DNA of 64,000 nt from Myxococcota bacterium (GTDB lineage: Bacteria; Myxococcota_A; UBA796; CAJQPC01), in contig DASCPX010000137.1 of the NCBI GenBank assembly GCA_036012755.1, positions 130,456 to 194,455 on the forward strand, in the 5' to 3' direction. A program made the position numbers and the translations under genes. Positions 29,048 to 38,018 of the stretch are shown here, one piece after another; the stretch's first letter is position 1, and the number at the start of each line of letters is the position of its first letter. The notes under the pieces are model-generated. The model had not been told where the DNA came from. It made no database searches and was given only the letters and a program-made list of their open reading frames with translations.

Positions 29048-29538
29048 CGGAGCACCTCTGTGGTGTAGGTGAGGATGCAGGCTGCCACGATGACGGGCAC
29101 GAAGGGAACCGTCGTGAGCTCGGGCTCGGCGACGTCCATGCCCACCGCGCGGGAGACGCCGGCCTTGATCGCCGGCACCAGGTTGCCGAGGCGGCCCTTG
29201 ACGGCGAGGACGACGAGCCCGAAGGGCAGGGCCAGGATGTAGGTGAAGAGGCAGGCGCGCAGGGCGTCCGAGGGTCCCCAGAAGGCCCCGATCGCCATGA
29301 GCAGCTTGGCGTCACCCGCCCGCACGGTGCGCCCCGCGAGCCAGGCTGGCACCATCAACCCCAACGCGATGCCGACGCCGGCGAGGCCGGACCAGCCTCC
29401 GTGGGTGGCCAGCTGCCAGGTCAGGCCCAGCGCGATGCCCCCGAAGGTCAACAGGTTCGGCACGCGCTGGCGGGTGAGATCGGTCCCCAGCGCCACCAGC
29501 ACCAGCGCGAGGACCGCGAGATCGGGGACGAACTCCAT
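29038..29538 (-). CDS. cpaA: A24 prepilin peptidase CpaA/TadV
   Basis: 'TDL...RVPN.LT', 'AGDAKLLMAIGA', 'VPFVP'. Confidence 0.9.
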   Translation of the reverse strand: MEFVPDLAVLALVLVALGTDLTRQRVPNLLTFGGIALGLTWQLATHGGWSGLAGVGIALGLMVPAWLAGRTVRAGDAKLLMAIGAFWGPSDALRACLFTYILALPFGLVVLAVKGRLGNLVPAIKAGVSRAVGMDVAEPELTTVPFVPVIVAACILTYTTEVLRWF

Positions 29539-29690
29539 CAGGGGTAGGGCTTGATGATCACGTCGTTGGCGTTCTTGAAGGTGACGGTGGTGGAGTTCAG
29601 GAGCGTGTAGAAGCCCGCTGCCAGCGCGATCACCACGACGGAGATGCCGAGCATGTACTCGACGACGGACTGACCTCTGCGGCGTCGCAT
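29538..29690 (-). CDS. Flp-type pilin
   Basis: GGAGG SD; 'MRRRRG|QSVVEY' followed by a hydrophobic helix. Confidence 0.8.
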   Translation of the reverse strand: MRRRRGQSVVEYMLGISVVVIALAAGFYTLLNSTTVTFKNANDVIIKPYP

Positions 29691-29842
29691 GGGCACCTCC
29701 GAAGGAAGATAGAGTACCAGCAAGATCGGGACCAACCCGAGCCGCGTGCGATCTCGGGGACTTCCGAGCGTCCGCCCTTCCCCGACCGCGACCCCGACGC
29801 CCCATTGCGACGCTGGGATCCCGCGTGATAGCGGCAGAGGCC

Positions 29843-30163
29843 ATGCTCTTGTCACTGCTCTTCGCCTGCTACTCGACCGAGGACTTCTCGGCCGACTACA
29901 ACGACGTCATCTGCGAGAAGACCGAGGAGTGCTACGACGAGGATGTCCGGCCCTTCGCCGATCCGGACTGGACCACCCTCAAGGACTGCCTCGAGGAACG
30001 GGACCAGCCCACCCGCTCGGACGACGAGGACTGCCCCTTCGACCGCGAGTTCGCCAAGCTCTGCGTCGAGGACATGCAGTCCATGCCCTGCCAGGACTAC
30101 ACCGCCGGCACCAACTGGCCCGAGTCCTGCGACTTCGTCTGTGGCGAGAGCGAAGAAGAGTGA
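29843..30163 (+). CDS. Small Cys-rich lipoprotein
   Basis: MLLSLLFAC; Cys spacing shared with 53537..53860. Confidence 0.75.
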   Translation: MLLSLLFACYSTEDFSADYNDVICEKTEECYDEDVRPFADPDWTTLKDCLEERDQPTRSDDEDCPFDREFAKLCVEDMQSMPCQDYTAGTNWPESCDFVCGESEEE

Positions 30164-30181
30164 CGGTATCCTGAGCGTCCC

Positions 30182-32164
30182 GTGGCCCAGCCTGCCCCCA
30201 TCGAACAGTTCGGCAAGTACTCGATCCTCGAGCGCGTAGCCCGTGGGGGCATGGCCGAGATCTTCAAGGCGCGGATGGAGGGCATCGGCGGCTTCAACCG
30301 ACTCTTCGCCATCAAGCGCGTCCTGCCTTCGCTGTCGTCGAACCGGGAGTACATCGATCTGCTGGTCGACGAGGCCAAGGTCGCCGGCCTGCTCTCTCAC
30401 GCCAACATCGTCCAGATCCTCGATCTGGGCTCGGTCAAGGGCCAGTACTACGTCGCCATGGAGTTCGTGCACGGGCGCGATCTGGGGCGCACGCTCGACC
30501 GCTGCCGTGAGCGCGGCATCACGCTGCCGGTGCCCCACGCCGTCTTCGTCCTGATCGAGGTCCTCAAGGGACTCGAGTACGCGCACAACCGCCAGATCCT
30601 GCGGGGCTCCACACCGGTTCCGCTGAACATCGTCCACCGCGATGTCAGCCCCAGCAACGTGCTGCTGTCGTTCCAGGGAGAGGTGAAGCTCACCGACTTC
30701 GGCATCGCCAAGGCCAGCGTGAAGGCGCTCGAGACGGTCAGCGGGGTCATCAAGGGCAAGTTCGACTACATGAGCCCGGAGCAGGCCTCTGCCCAGGACG
30801 TCGACCAGCGCACCGATCTCTTCGCGGCTGGGGTCCTGCTCTACGAGATGCTGTGCGGGGCCCACCCCTTCCGCAAGGGTGGCGACCTGAAGACCATCGC
30901 CGCCATCCGCAGCGGCGAGTATCAGCCGCCGACCTTCACCAACCCCGACGTGCCCTACTCGCTCGAGGTGATCCTCGACCGGGCGCTGGCTCACGATCCT
31001 GGCGAGCGCTTCCAGACCGCGACCGAGTTCAAGGAGGCCCTCAACAAGTTCTTCCACGACGCGGGCTTCATCTTCAGCCACACGACGCTGGCCGCCTACC
31101 TCAAGGGCCTGTTCCCCCAGGCCGCCGCGCCGCGCACGCGCAAGAGGAAGGCCAAGGTCCTTGCCCTGAAGGACCAGGAGACGCGGCCCATCCCGATCCC
31201 GAAGGACCGACGGCCGAAGCCCGTGCCGGCGCTGGAGGTCGTCCCCGACGAGCCCAACGACCCGCACGAGGAGTCCGCCGAGGAGCTCAGCCTCGACGAC
31301 GAGGAGCGCCCGACGATCCCCGAGGCGCCGCCGCCGATCATGGAGGTGCCTCGGCCGACCGTGCCAGACGATGACCCGATCGGCGACCACCCCTCTGTGG
31401 CCTTCGGGCCGATCGACTCGGGTGGACACGCCTTCGATCAGCACGGTGACACCTCGACGATGACCCCGGGGCGCGTCCCCGGTCGAACCCCGCAGCTGGG
31501 ACCGGCCACCCGGGTCGAGGTAGAGCTCGACGAGGACAGCGAGGACCGGCCGACGGACAACGGCCTCCTCGAAGCGGACAACGAGTCGACGCTCATTCGC
31601 GACCCGGACGTGATGGCGCAGGCCTCTGCCCCTCCCAACGAGTGGGCCGAGGACATCGAGACGGTCATCCGGCCCGACCCGACGAAGCACCCCTACGCCC
31701 GCAGCGAGGAGATCGAGGAGCTCGAGCTCGACGAGGCCACCGCTGCGCGCGCCGACGAAGCGCCGCCGATGCGAGAGCTGCCGCCTGACGTCGCGCCCAC
31801 AGAGGGCACGGAGCCCGGCCCTGCTGCGATCGCCGCCCAGGCCCCCCCGCCCAGGCCGCGGCCCCCACTGGAGCGGTCACCGACCACGCCGAAGATCACC
31901 CGCCGAACCTGGATCTTCGTCCTCGCTGCGGCGATGGTGGCTGGCATCGCCGGCTTCGGTGTCGGTGTGCTCGCGGGGGCATTCGCGATGCACTCTCGCG
32001 CCGGGGGGCTCGAGGACCAGCCGGTCGTCACCTTCGAGCTGGCCGAGGGGGTCACGCTGGAGATCGACGGCGAACCGGTCGAGGGGGGCGAGACGCTGCC
32101 CATCACTCCGGGCCATCACTCCGTGGACGTGGGTGTCGACCCCGCCAGCGTCGAAGGGGAGTAG
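30182..32164 (+). CDS. Hanks-type Ser/Thr protein kinase with C-terminal TM and short PEGA-like tail
   Basis: 'ARGGMAEIF', 'AIKR', 'VHRDVSPSN', 'DFGIAK', 'YMSPEQ'; TM 'WIFVLAAAMVAGIAGFGVG'. Confidence 0.95.
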   Translation: MAQPAPIEQFGKYSILERVARGGMAEIFKARMEGIGGFNRLFAIKRVLPSLSSNREYIDLLVDEAKVAGLLSHANIVQILDLGSVKGQYYVAMEFVHGRDLGRTLDRCRERGITLPVPHAVFVLIEVLKGLEYAHNRQILRGSTPVPLNIVHRDVSPSNVLLSFQGEVKLTDFGIAKASVKALETVSGVIKGKFDYMSPEQASAQDVDQRTDLFAAGVLLYEMLCGAHPFRKGGDLKTIAAIRSGEYQPPTFTNPDVPYSLEVILDRALAHDPGERFQTATEFKEALNKFFHDAGFIFSHTTLAAYLKGLFPQAAAPRTRKRKAKVLALKDQETRPIPIPKDRRPKPVPALEVVPDEPNDPHEESAEELSLDDEERPTIPEAPPPIMEVPRPTVPDDDPIGDHPSVAFGPIDSGGHAFDQHGDTSTMTPGRVPGRTPQLGPATRVEVELDEDSEDRPTDNGLLEADNESTLIRDPDVMAQASAPPNEWAEDIETVIRPDPTKHPYARSEEIEELELDEATAARADEAPPMRELPPDVAPTEGTEPGPAAIAAQAPPPRPRPPLERSPTTPKITRRTWIFVLAAAMVAGIAGFGVGVLAGAFAMHSRAGGLEDQPVVTFELAEGVTLEIDGEPVEGGETLPITPGHHSVDVGVDPASVEGE

Positions 32165-33106
32165 ATGAGCGAGATCACCCCGACCCCGTCCACCGAGGTC
32201 GACGGGAAGAAGGACAGCATCGTCCTCGCGATGCTCAAGGGCTTGAGGCCGACGCAGTGGGTGAAGAACGTCTTCCTGTTGGCGGCCCTGTTCTTCAGCC
32301 TGGAGTTCACCAACCTCGAGAGCGTGATCAAGGCCGCCTGGGGCATCGGCGCCTTCTGTCTCGTCAGCTCGACCGGCTACCTCATCAACGACGTCCTCGA
32401 CCGCGAGGCCGACGCCAAGCACCCCCGCAAGCGCAAGCGCCCGATCGCCAGCGGCGCTTTGCCTGTGCCGGTCGCCTGGGTGGAGGCGACCTTCTGCTTC
32501 GCCGGCGGCCTGACCGCCGCGTGGTTGTTGGACCCGATGTTCTTCGCGGTCGCGCTGGTCTACTTCCTCAACACGATGCTCTACACCCTCTGGGGCAAGC
32601 AGCAGGTCATCCTCGACATCATGATGATCAGCCTGGGCTTCCTCTTCCGAGCGGTCGCCGGTGCTGTCGCCATCGGGGTGTGGATCAGCCCCTGGCTCAT
32701 CCTCTGCGCGGGCTTCTTCGCGCTCTTCCTCGGCTTCAACAAGCGCCGAGGCGAGCTCTCGGTGCTCAGCGAGAAGGCAGGCGAGCACAGGCAGATCCTG
32801 CGCGAGTACACGACCTCGATGCTGGACGAGTTCCAGGCGATCACGAGCTCCGGGACCATCATCAGCTACGCGCTCTACACCGTGCTCGGCTCGCCGAATC
32901 CGCTCCTGGTGGTCACGGTGCCCTTCCCGCTCTACGGCGTCTTCCGGTACATCTACCTGGTCCAGAGCGGCGAGGACGGGGACCCCAGCCACCTGGTGCT
33001 GAAGGACAAGCTGATCATGCTCACCGGGGTGCTCTACGGCATCGTCTTGGTGGGCATCTTGCTGTTCGCCGGGGAACCCCTCGGCCCGGGACGCTGGACG
33101 CCGTAG
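32165..33106 (+). CDS. UbiA family, decaprenyl-phosphate phosphoribosyltransferase-like
   Basis: 'RPTQWVKN', 'YLINDVLDREAD.KHP.K..RPIASG', 'KRR.EL', 'YGVFRY'. Confidence 0.9.
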   Translation: MSEITPTPSTEVDGKKDSIVLAMLKGLRPTQWVKNVFLLAALFFSLEFTNLESVIKAAWGIGAFCLVSSTGYLINDVLDREADAKHPRKRKRPIASGALPVPVAWVEATFCFAGGLTAAWLLDPMFFAVALVYFLNTMLYTLWGKQQVILDIMMISLGFLFRAVAGAVAIGVWISPWLILCAGFFALFLGFNKRRGELSVLSEKAGEHRQILREYTTSMLDEFQAITSSGTIISYALYTVLGSPNPLLVVTVPFPLYGVFRYIYLVQSGEDGDPSHLVLKDKLIMLTGVLYGIVLVGILLFAGEPLGPGRWTP

Positions 33107-33981
33107 CGCGCGACCGCCTCGAGGCTGGGGGCCGTGGACAGGACCGTGCCGTCCTCGCCCTCGTCGACGTCGAAGTAGCGGACCACTGCGGGAAGGACGT
33201 GCTCCCCGGGCGGCTCGCGCGTGTCCGGGAGCGAGAACTCCAGCCCCGTGCCGAACTCGACGGCCTCGACGAAGGCGCACTCCCAACCCTCTGGGACAGC
33301 GCAGGAGCCGGCGCTCGCGACGGGGATCTCCACGAGCTGTCCGTCGAAGAGCACGACGACCTTGTCTTCTCCCAGGACGAGGTCCTCGTCCCGAATGCGC
33401 AGACCGAAGCTGACGCGCCTGTGGTGGACGCGCGCCGCGACGGCGACGCTGGCGTCCCGTGGGCCCTCCCAGGACGCGGAGCCGGCCTCTACGACGCTGC
33501 GGTCGTCCACCGCGATGGCCTTTCCGTCCCACTCCTGGAGGTCTCCGTCGATGCGGGCGGCCTTCGGGGCGGCGTAGATCGCGTGGACGGACTGGAACAG
33601 CTCGTCCGTGACTGCTTCGTCGAGTTGCGGGAGGAGCGAGACCTCCAGGATCTCGGCTACGCCCTCGACCAGGACGGTGGGCTCGTCGCGCTTCGGCAGG
33701 ATGAGCACGACAGCGTCCTCGTCCTGGCGGACGGTGAAGCCCTGGCCGGGACCCTCCGCGTGGGCGTCGTAGGCGATGGTCTCGGCGTGGACCGGCACCC
33801 CGTCACGGAAGACCAGGTCGTCTTCTGCGACGCGGATGCGCGGGGGCTCGTCGGGGCCGCGCAGGTCGGCGAGGAGCGTGCCGACGGAGGCGTCCTCGAG
33901 GGCGATGGTGACGGCTACGTGGGCTGGCAGCAGCTCTGTGCGATCTGGGCTGGGGGTGCAGGCCAGGAGGGTCAGGAACAT
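33034..33981 (-). CDS. Lipoprotein with CBM9/DOMON-like C-terminal domain
   Basis: MFLTLLAC; 'IDGDLQEW...WEGPRDAS....RIRDE' pattern. Confidence 0.6.
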   Translation of the reverse strand: MFLTLLACTPSPDRTELLPAHVAVTIALEDASVGTLLADLRGPDEPPRIRVAEDDLVFRDGVPVHAETIAYDAHAEGPGQGFTVRQDEDAVVLILPKRDEPTVLVEGVAEILEVSLLPQLDEAVTDELFQSVHAIYAAPKAARIDGDLQEWDGKAIAVDDRSVVEAGSASWEGPRDASVAVAARVHHRRVSFGLRIRDEDLVLGEDKVVVLFDGQLVEIPVASAGSCAVPEGWECAFVEAVEFGTGLEFSLPDTREPPGEHVLPAVVRYFDVDEGEDGTVLSTAPSLEAVARYGVQRPGPRGSPANSKMPTKTMP

Positions 33982-34508
33982 GCGTCCAACAGCGCGTCCA
34001 CGTCGGGCACGTCGGTCATGGACCGGCCGTAGTGGGTGTACAGGAGGCGCCCATCCGGGGCGACGACGAACTCCGCTGGGAGCTTGAGCTGCTTGCGCTC
34101 CACGGGACCGTGCCCATGACGCAAGGCTCGGAAGGCGCGACGCACCCCTCCTCCCGCCAGGGCCCGGAGAGTCCCGGCCAGGGCCTGGTCACCACCGACG
34201 TTGAAGGCGCGGAAGAGCTCGTGGTCGGGGTCGCAGATCACCGGAAAGAGCAGGTGGTTCCTGGGCACGAAGTCCTGGGCGACCGGGGGCTCGCTGTCGG
34301 TCACGGCGACAACCGTGACGCCTGCGAGATCGAAGCGGGGCCAGTGCTCCTGGAGCAGTGCCAGGGCCTCGCGCGTGAGCGGCTTGCCGAGGCTGCGCAC
34401 GAAGCAGATCACCATCGGGCGTCTCGGCGGCGGCACCACCACGTCCAGTCCGAACACGGGACGCCGGGTGAAGGCAGAGACGGTTGCGCCGACACGAAGC
34501 ACGGCCAC
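33972..34508 (-). CDS. AhpC/TSA-like (peroxiredoxin-like) protein lacking CxxC
   Basis: 'ICFVRSLGKPLTRE', 'FPVICDPD..LF.AF', 'LPAEFVV.PDG.L...HYG...D.P'; start uncertain (34508 or 34502). Confidence 0.65.
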   Translation of the reverse strand: MAVLRVGATVSAFTRRPVFGLDVVVPPPRRPMVICFVRSLGKPLTREALALLQEHWPRFDLAGVTVVAVTDSEPPVAQDFVPRNHLLFPVICDPDHELFRAFNVGGDQALAGTLRALAGGGVRRAFRALRHGHGPVERKQLKLPAEFVVAPDGRLLYTHYGRSMTDVPDVDALLDACS

Positions 34509-34565
34509 CTGTATAGCCGAGCCCAGCACGGCCCTGCTACATGGGAGGCGACTGGAGGTGTGCTC

Positions 34566-35411
34566 ATGTTGTGGACGCTGTTGGCTTGTGTGGGAGCGGG
34601 TCCGACGGACACGTCGGGGAACGACTCCGTCGTCGATCCCGGAGAGGAGGGCACGGGTGCTCCGGATCCCAAGCCCTACTCGGGGGGCGACTGCCCCACC
34701 TTCGACAACGGCACCAACAGCTTCGAGGTCGCAGGCAAGACACGGGAGTTCATCCTGAAGCTGCCTGACGATCCGACCGGGGCGCCGGTCTGGTTCAACT
34801 GGCATCCGCTCGGCGGCACCGCCTCCCTCGGCATCCAGTGGCAGGGCCTCAACTCTCTGAAGAACGATGGCTGGATCGTGGTCGCGCCAGAGGCCCTGAG
34901 CAGCCAGGCGGTGACGGAGTGGGCCTTCCTCGACTCCATGGATCCGACCTCGGACCTCACGCTCTTCGACGACCTGATCGCCTGCCTCGATGCCCAGTAC
35001 GACATCGACAACGATCGCATCTACACCACCGGCTTCAGCGCGGGTGGGCTCTGGTCCGCCTACCTCGTGCTGCATCGCTCGGAGTACCTCGCCGGGTCGG
35101 CGCCGCTGTCGGGGGGCACGGGCCAGTTCATGTCCTATGTGACCCCCGAGCACCAGACTCCCGTCCTCTTGACCTGGGGTGGAGAGAGCGACACCTACAA
35201 CGGGCTGTCCTTCGACGACGCCAGCCTCCAGTTCCAGGCGGACCTCGAGGCGGACGGGCACTGGGTCGGGACCTGCGTCCACAGCTCCGGACACAGCTTT
35301 CCGAACGAAGCCACCGACTACACGGTGCAGTTCTTCGACGACCACATCTACGGCGATGAACCGGTGGGCCTCGACGGGGCCGAGGTCTATCCGAGCTGGT
35401 GTACGGAGTGA
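34566..35411 (+). CDS. Alpha/beta hydrolase (LpqC/PHB depolymerase-like) lipoprotein
   Basis: 'WHPLGG', nucleophile elbow 'RIYTTGFSAGG', 'GG..D', 'H..GH'. Confidence 0.85.
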   Translation: MLWTLLACVGAGPTDTSGNDSVVDPGEEGTGAPDPKPYSGGDCPTFDNGTNSFEVAGKTREFILKLPDDPTGAPVWFNWHPLGGTASLGIQWQGLNSLKNDGWIVVAPEALSSQAVTEWAFLDSMDPTSDLTLFDDLIACLDAQYDIDNDRIYTTGFSAGGLWSAYLVLHRSEYLAGSAPLSGGTGQFMSYVTPEHQTPVLLTWGGESDTYNGLSFDDASLQFQADLEADGHWVGTCVHSSGHSFPNEATDYTVQFFDDHIYGDEPVGLDGAEVYPSWCTE

Positions 35412-35713
35412 TCCTCGCGCTGGTCCTGGGCTGCAGCGAGCCGGTCTGTACGCTCAAGATCGACGCCGGAGACCGAAGCTGCGAGGTGGACGAGGACTGC
35501 AGCCTGGTCTACACGGACTGCGCCCAGGCGTGCTCCTGCGCGGCGGTCTCTACCTCCAGCGCGGCGGACTACGAGGGCAGGAGGGCCGCGGACTGCGGGG
35601 CTGGGTGCGAGCTCGCCCCCTGCGACCAGGACTGCAAGGCGGCCACGGACGTCATCTGCCGCCGCAACGTCTGCGAGACCGTCGACCTCGCGGGGGACAC
35701 CTTCGAGTACTAG
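35408..35713 (+). CDS. Small Cys-rich lipoprotein
   Basis: GTGA overlap; MILALVLGC; 'SCEVDEDC......C...C.C..V' pattern. Confidence 0.7.
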   Translation: MILALVLGCSEPVCTLKIDAGDRSCEVDEDCSLVYTDCAQACSCAAVSTSSAADYEGRRAADCGAGCELAPCDQDCKAATDVICRRNVCETVDLAGDTFEY

Positions 35714-35754
35714 CTGAGCCCGGCCAACTGGTCGCCGACCTCGACGTCACGGGC

Positions 35755-36192
35755 CTACAGCGGGTAGACGACGATGAGGTTGTCCCCGACCAGCGCGTCA
35801 AGGTGGGCGCTGACGAGGACGACCTCGAGGACCTGGTCCCAGGGGGTGTCCTCGAGGCGCATTGTGACCTCGCCCGAGACGCCGTCGGCGACGACGATGT
35901 TGATGTCCCCCCGCTCGGCGAGCATGCGGAAGATCCCGTGGACATCCGCCGACTGCAGATCGATCGTGAGCTTCCTGGAGGGGAGGGCGGGCGCGCCGAC
36001 CTCGAAGTCCTTCAGCTGCGCGGCTTCGTCGATCGCCAGGAGCCTCAAGACCTCGGCCAGGGCCGCTGGGTTGGAGCAGCGACCTCTACGATCTACGAGA
36101 CCCCCGACGTACTCGTGATCCAGGGCGACGATGGGCTCGGCTGCGGGGGCCCGGAGATCGGTCGCCAGGGCGGTGGACAGGGCGAGGAACAT
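35755..36192 (-). CDS. Stand-alone secretin N0/STN-domain protein (PilQ N-terminal-like)
   Basis: 'LTIDLQSADVHGIFRMLAE...INIVV.D.V.G.VT.RL...PWDQVLEVVL'; no secretin barrel follows. Confidence 0.75.
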   Translation of the reverse strand: MFLALSTALATDLRAPAAEPIVALDHEYVGGLVDRRGRCSNPAALAEVLRLLAIDEAAQLKDFEVGAPALPSRKLTIDLQSADVHGIFRMLAERGDINIVVADGVSGEVTMRLEDTPWDQVLEVVLVSAHLDALVGDNLIVVYPL

Positions 36193-36240
36193 GGGACCTC
36201 CAGCCCCAGTACAGCAGAGCGGTGTGCAGATCCGGTGCAG

Positions 36241-37989
36241 CTACGCCTCGGTCACGAAGGCGTCGAGGTCCTCTTCGAGACCCCGGACTGCCAACGACCA
36301 TGTGTCGGGATCCTCGAGATCGAGGCCGAGGGTCTCCAGGGCCAGGGGCTCGCTGTCGTCCCAACCGGTGCGCCGGAGCAGCGCCACGTAGGCTGCGTGG
36401 TCGCCGTCGGCGAGGACCTTGCGGTAGACCAGCTGGGCGAAGAGGTAGCCGAAGGCGTAGGGGTAGTTGTAGAAGGCGAAGCTCGAGATGTAGAAGTGGA
36501 GCTTCGAGGCCCAGAAGCGCGGATACCAGGTCGCGAGCGCCCCACCGTAGGCCTCCTCCTGACAGCGCAAGGTCAGCGCGCTGAGCTCGTCGGGGTCGAA
36601 GACGCCCTTTCGGCGCAAGGGGTACAGCGCCCGCTCGAGCTCGTAGCGGGCGGGGATGTTCATCAAGAAGGCGACCCCAGCCATCAGGCGAGCGTCGAGC
36701 ATCGCCAGGCGAGCCTCCCTGGTGTCCGCGGCCTCGAGCGCTGCGTCGCGGACGAGGCTCTCCGCGAAGACGCTGGCGGTCTCTGCGAGGGTCGAGGTGA
36801 TGGCGCGCTGGCTGGGGAGCAGGTCTCGGCAGACCCAGTTGTGGTAGGCGTGGCCTAGCTCGTGGGCCAGCGTGACCGTGCTGCGGAAGGTGCCGCCGTG
36901 GGTCATGAAGATGCGGCTCTCGCCGGAGAGCGGCACGTTCGCGCACCAGCCGCCGGGGCGCTTGCCGTTGCGGTCTTCTGCCTCGATCCAGCGCCCCGCG
37001 AAGGCGGCTCGGGCGAAGTCGGCGAGTTCGCCGTGGTAGCTGCCGAAGTGCTCCAGGATGAAGTCCCGGGAGCTGGTCCAGTCCTGGCTCGTGTCCTGGA
37101 GCGGGAGGGGAGCGGCGAGGTCCTCCCAGCCGAGCTCCTTGCCCAGCAGGCCCGACTTCGTCGCCATGTAGCGCTGGAGGAGCGGTCGAGCGCGCCTGGT
37201 GGCCTCGAGCATCGCGTCCAGGGTCTTCCTGGTGAGCCGGTTCCTGGCCAGGGTGTCGGCGAGCTCGTCCACTCCACGCCGATCGTTGAGGGACTGGCGC
37301 CAGCCGACGATGTGGGACAGGGCCTGGGCGCAGTCCTCTTCGACCCCGCTCCAGGCCGTGTCCAGGGCGGCGAAGGCGGCGATGCGCTTGGCCGGGTCCG
37401 TGCCGCCGAGGAGGTTGAACGCCTGGGTGACCGCGACCTCCTCGCCGTCGAGTTCGACCTGGAGCTGGCCGCTGATGCGGTCGTAGAGCTGCCCCCAGGC
37501 GCGCACGCCGTCTTCGGTCAGCTCTCGCAGGAGCGCCTGCTCCGCGCGAGGCAAGAGCAGCCTCCGGTTTCGGCGGATGCGCCCTAGGAAGGGCCGCATG
37601 GACGCCAGCTCCTCGCGGCGCTCGAGCGCCTCGAAGGCCTCGTCGCTGGCATTCGCGATGCCATCCTCCGGTCCCACCCAGGCCCGACCGAAGCGACTGA
37701 AGATGGCGTCGGCCCGGGTGGCCAGACGCGCCGCGGAGCGGTCCGAGGTGTCCGCGCAGGTGACGCAGTGCGTAAAGGTCGCCACCTGGCAGGCCTGCTG
37801 GACGAAGCGGTCCTGGTCGAGGAGCCAGGCGACCCACCCGTCGATGTCCCCTGGCAGATCTGGCAGGGCATCGCCTCGTCGTAGGAGATCCTCGGCGCCC
37901 AGCTCCGCCGTTGTCAGCGCGCTGTTGAAGGGTTCCCCATCCGGACCACCCGGAAAGATGCTGTCGAGGTTCCAGGTGGGTGCCGCCAT
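36241..37989 (-). CDS. pepF: M3 family oligoendopeptidase F
   Basis: 'WNLDSIF', 'GKRPGGWC', 'TLAHELGHAYH', 'LAETAS.F.E', 'FYNYPYAFG'. Confidence 0.9.
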   Translation of the reverse strand: MAAPTWNLDSIFPGGPDGEPFNSALTTAELGAEDLLRRGDALPDLPGDIDGWVAWLLDQDRFVQQACQVATFTHCVTCADTSDRSAARLATRADAIFSRFGRAWVGPEDGIANASDEAFEALERREELASMRPFLGRIRRNRRLLLPRAEQALLRELTEDGVRAWGQLYDRISGQLQVELDGEEVAVTQAFNLLGGTDPAKRIAAFAALDTAWSGVEEDCAQALSHIVGWRQSLNDRRGVDELADTLARNRLTRKTLDAMLEATRRARPLLQRYMATKSGLLGKELGWEDLAAPLPLQDTSQDWTSSRDFILEHFGSYHGELADFARAAFAGRWIEAEDRNGKRPGGWCANVPLSGESRIFMTHGGTFRSTVTLAHELGHAYHNWVCRDLLPSQRAITSTLAETASVFAESLVRDAALEAADTREARLAMLDARLMAGVAFLMNIPARYELERALYPLRRKGVFDPDELSALTLRCQEEAYGGALATWYPRFWASKLHFYISSFAFYNYPYAFGYLFAQLVYRKVLADGDHAAYVALLRRTGWDDSEPLALETLGLDLEDPDTWSLAVRGLEEDLDAFVTEA

Positions 37990-38018
37990 CGATCCCGCCT
38001 AACCGCTATGCTCAGTCT

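Noticed and set aside
23451..29690. Calling the Tad operon the Myxococcus Kil system
   Set aside because: No FHA-domain proteins or FHA-fused ATPase are visible; homology only supports a Tad-family call.
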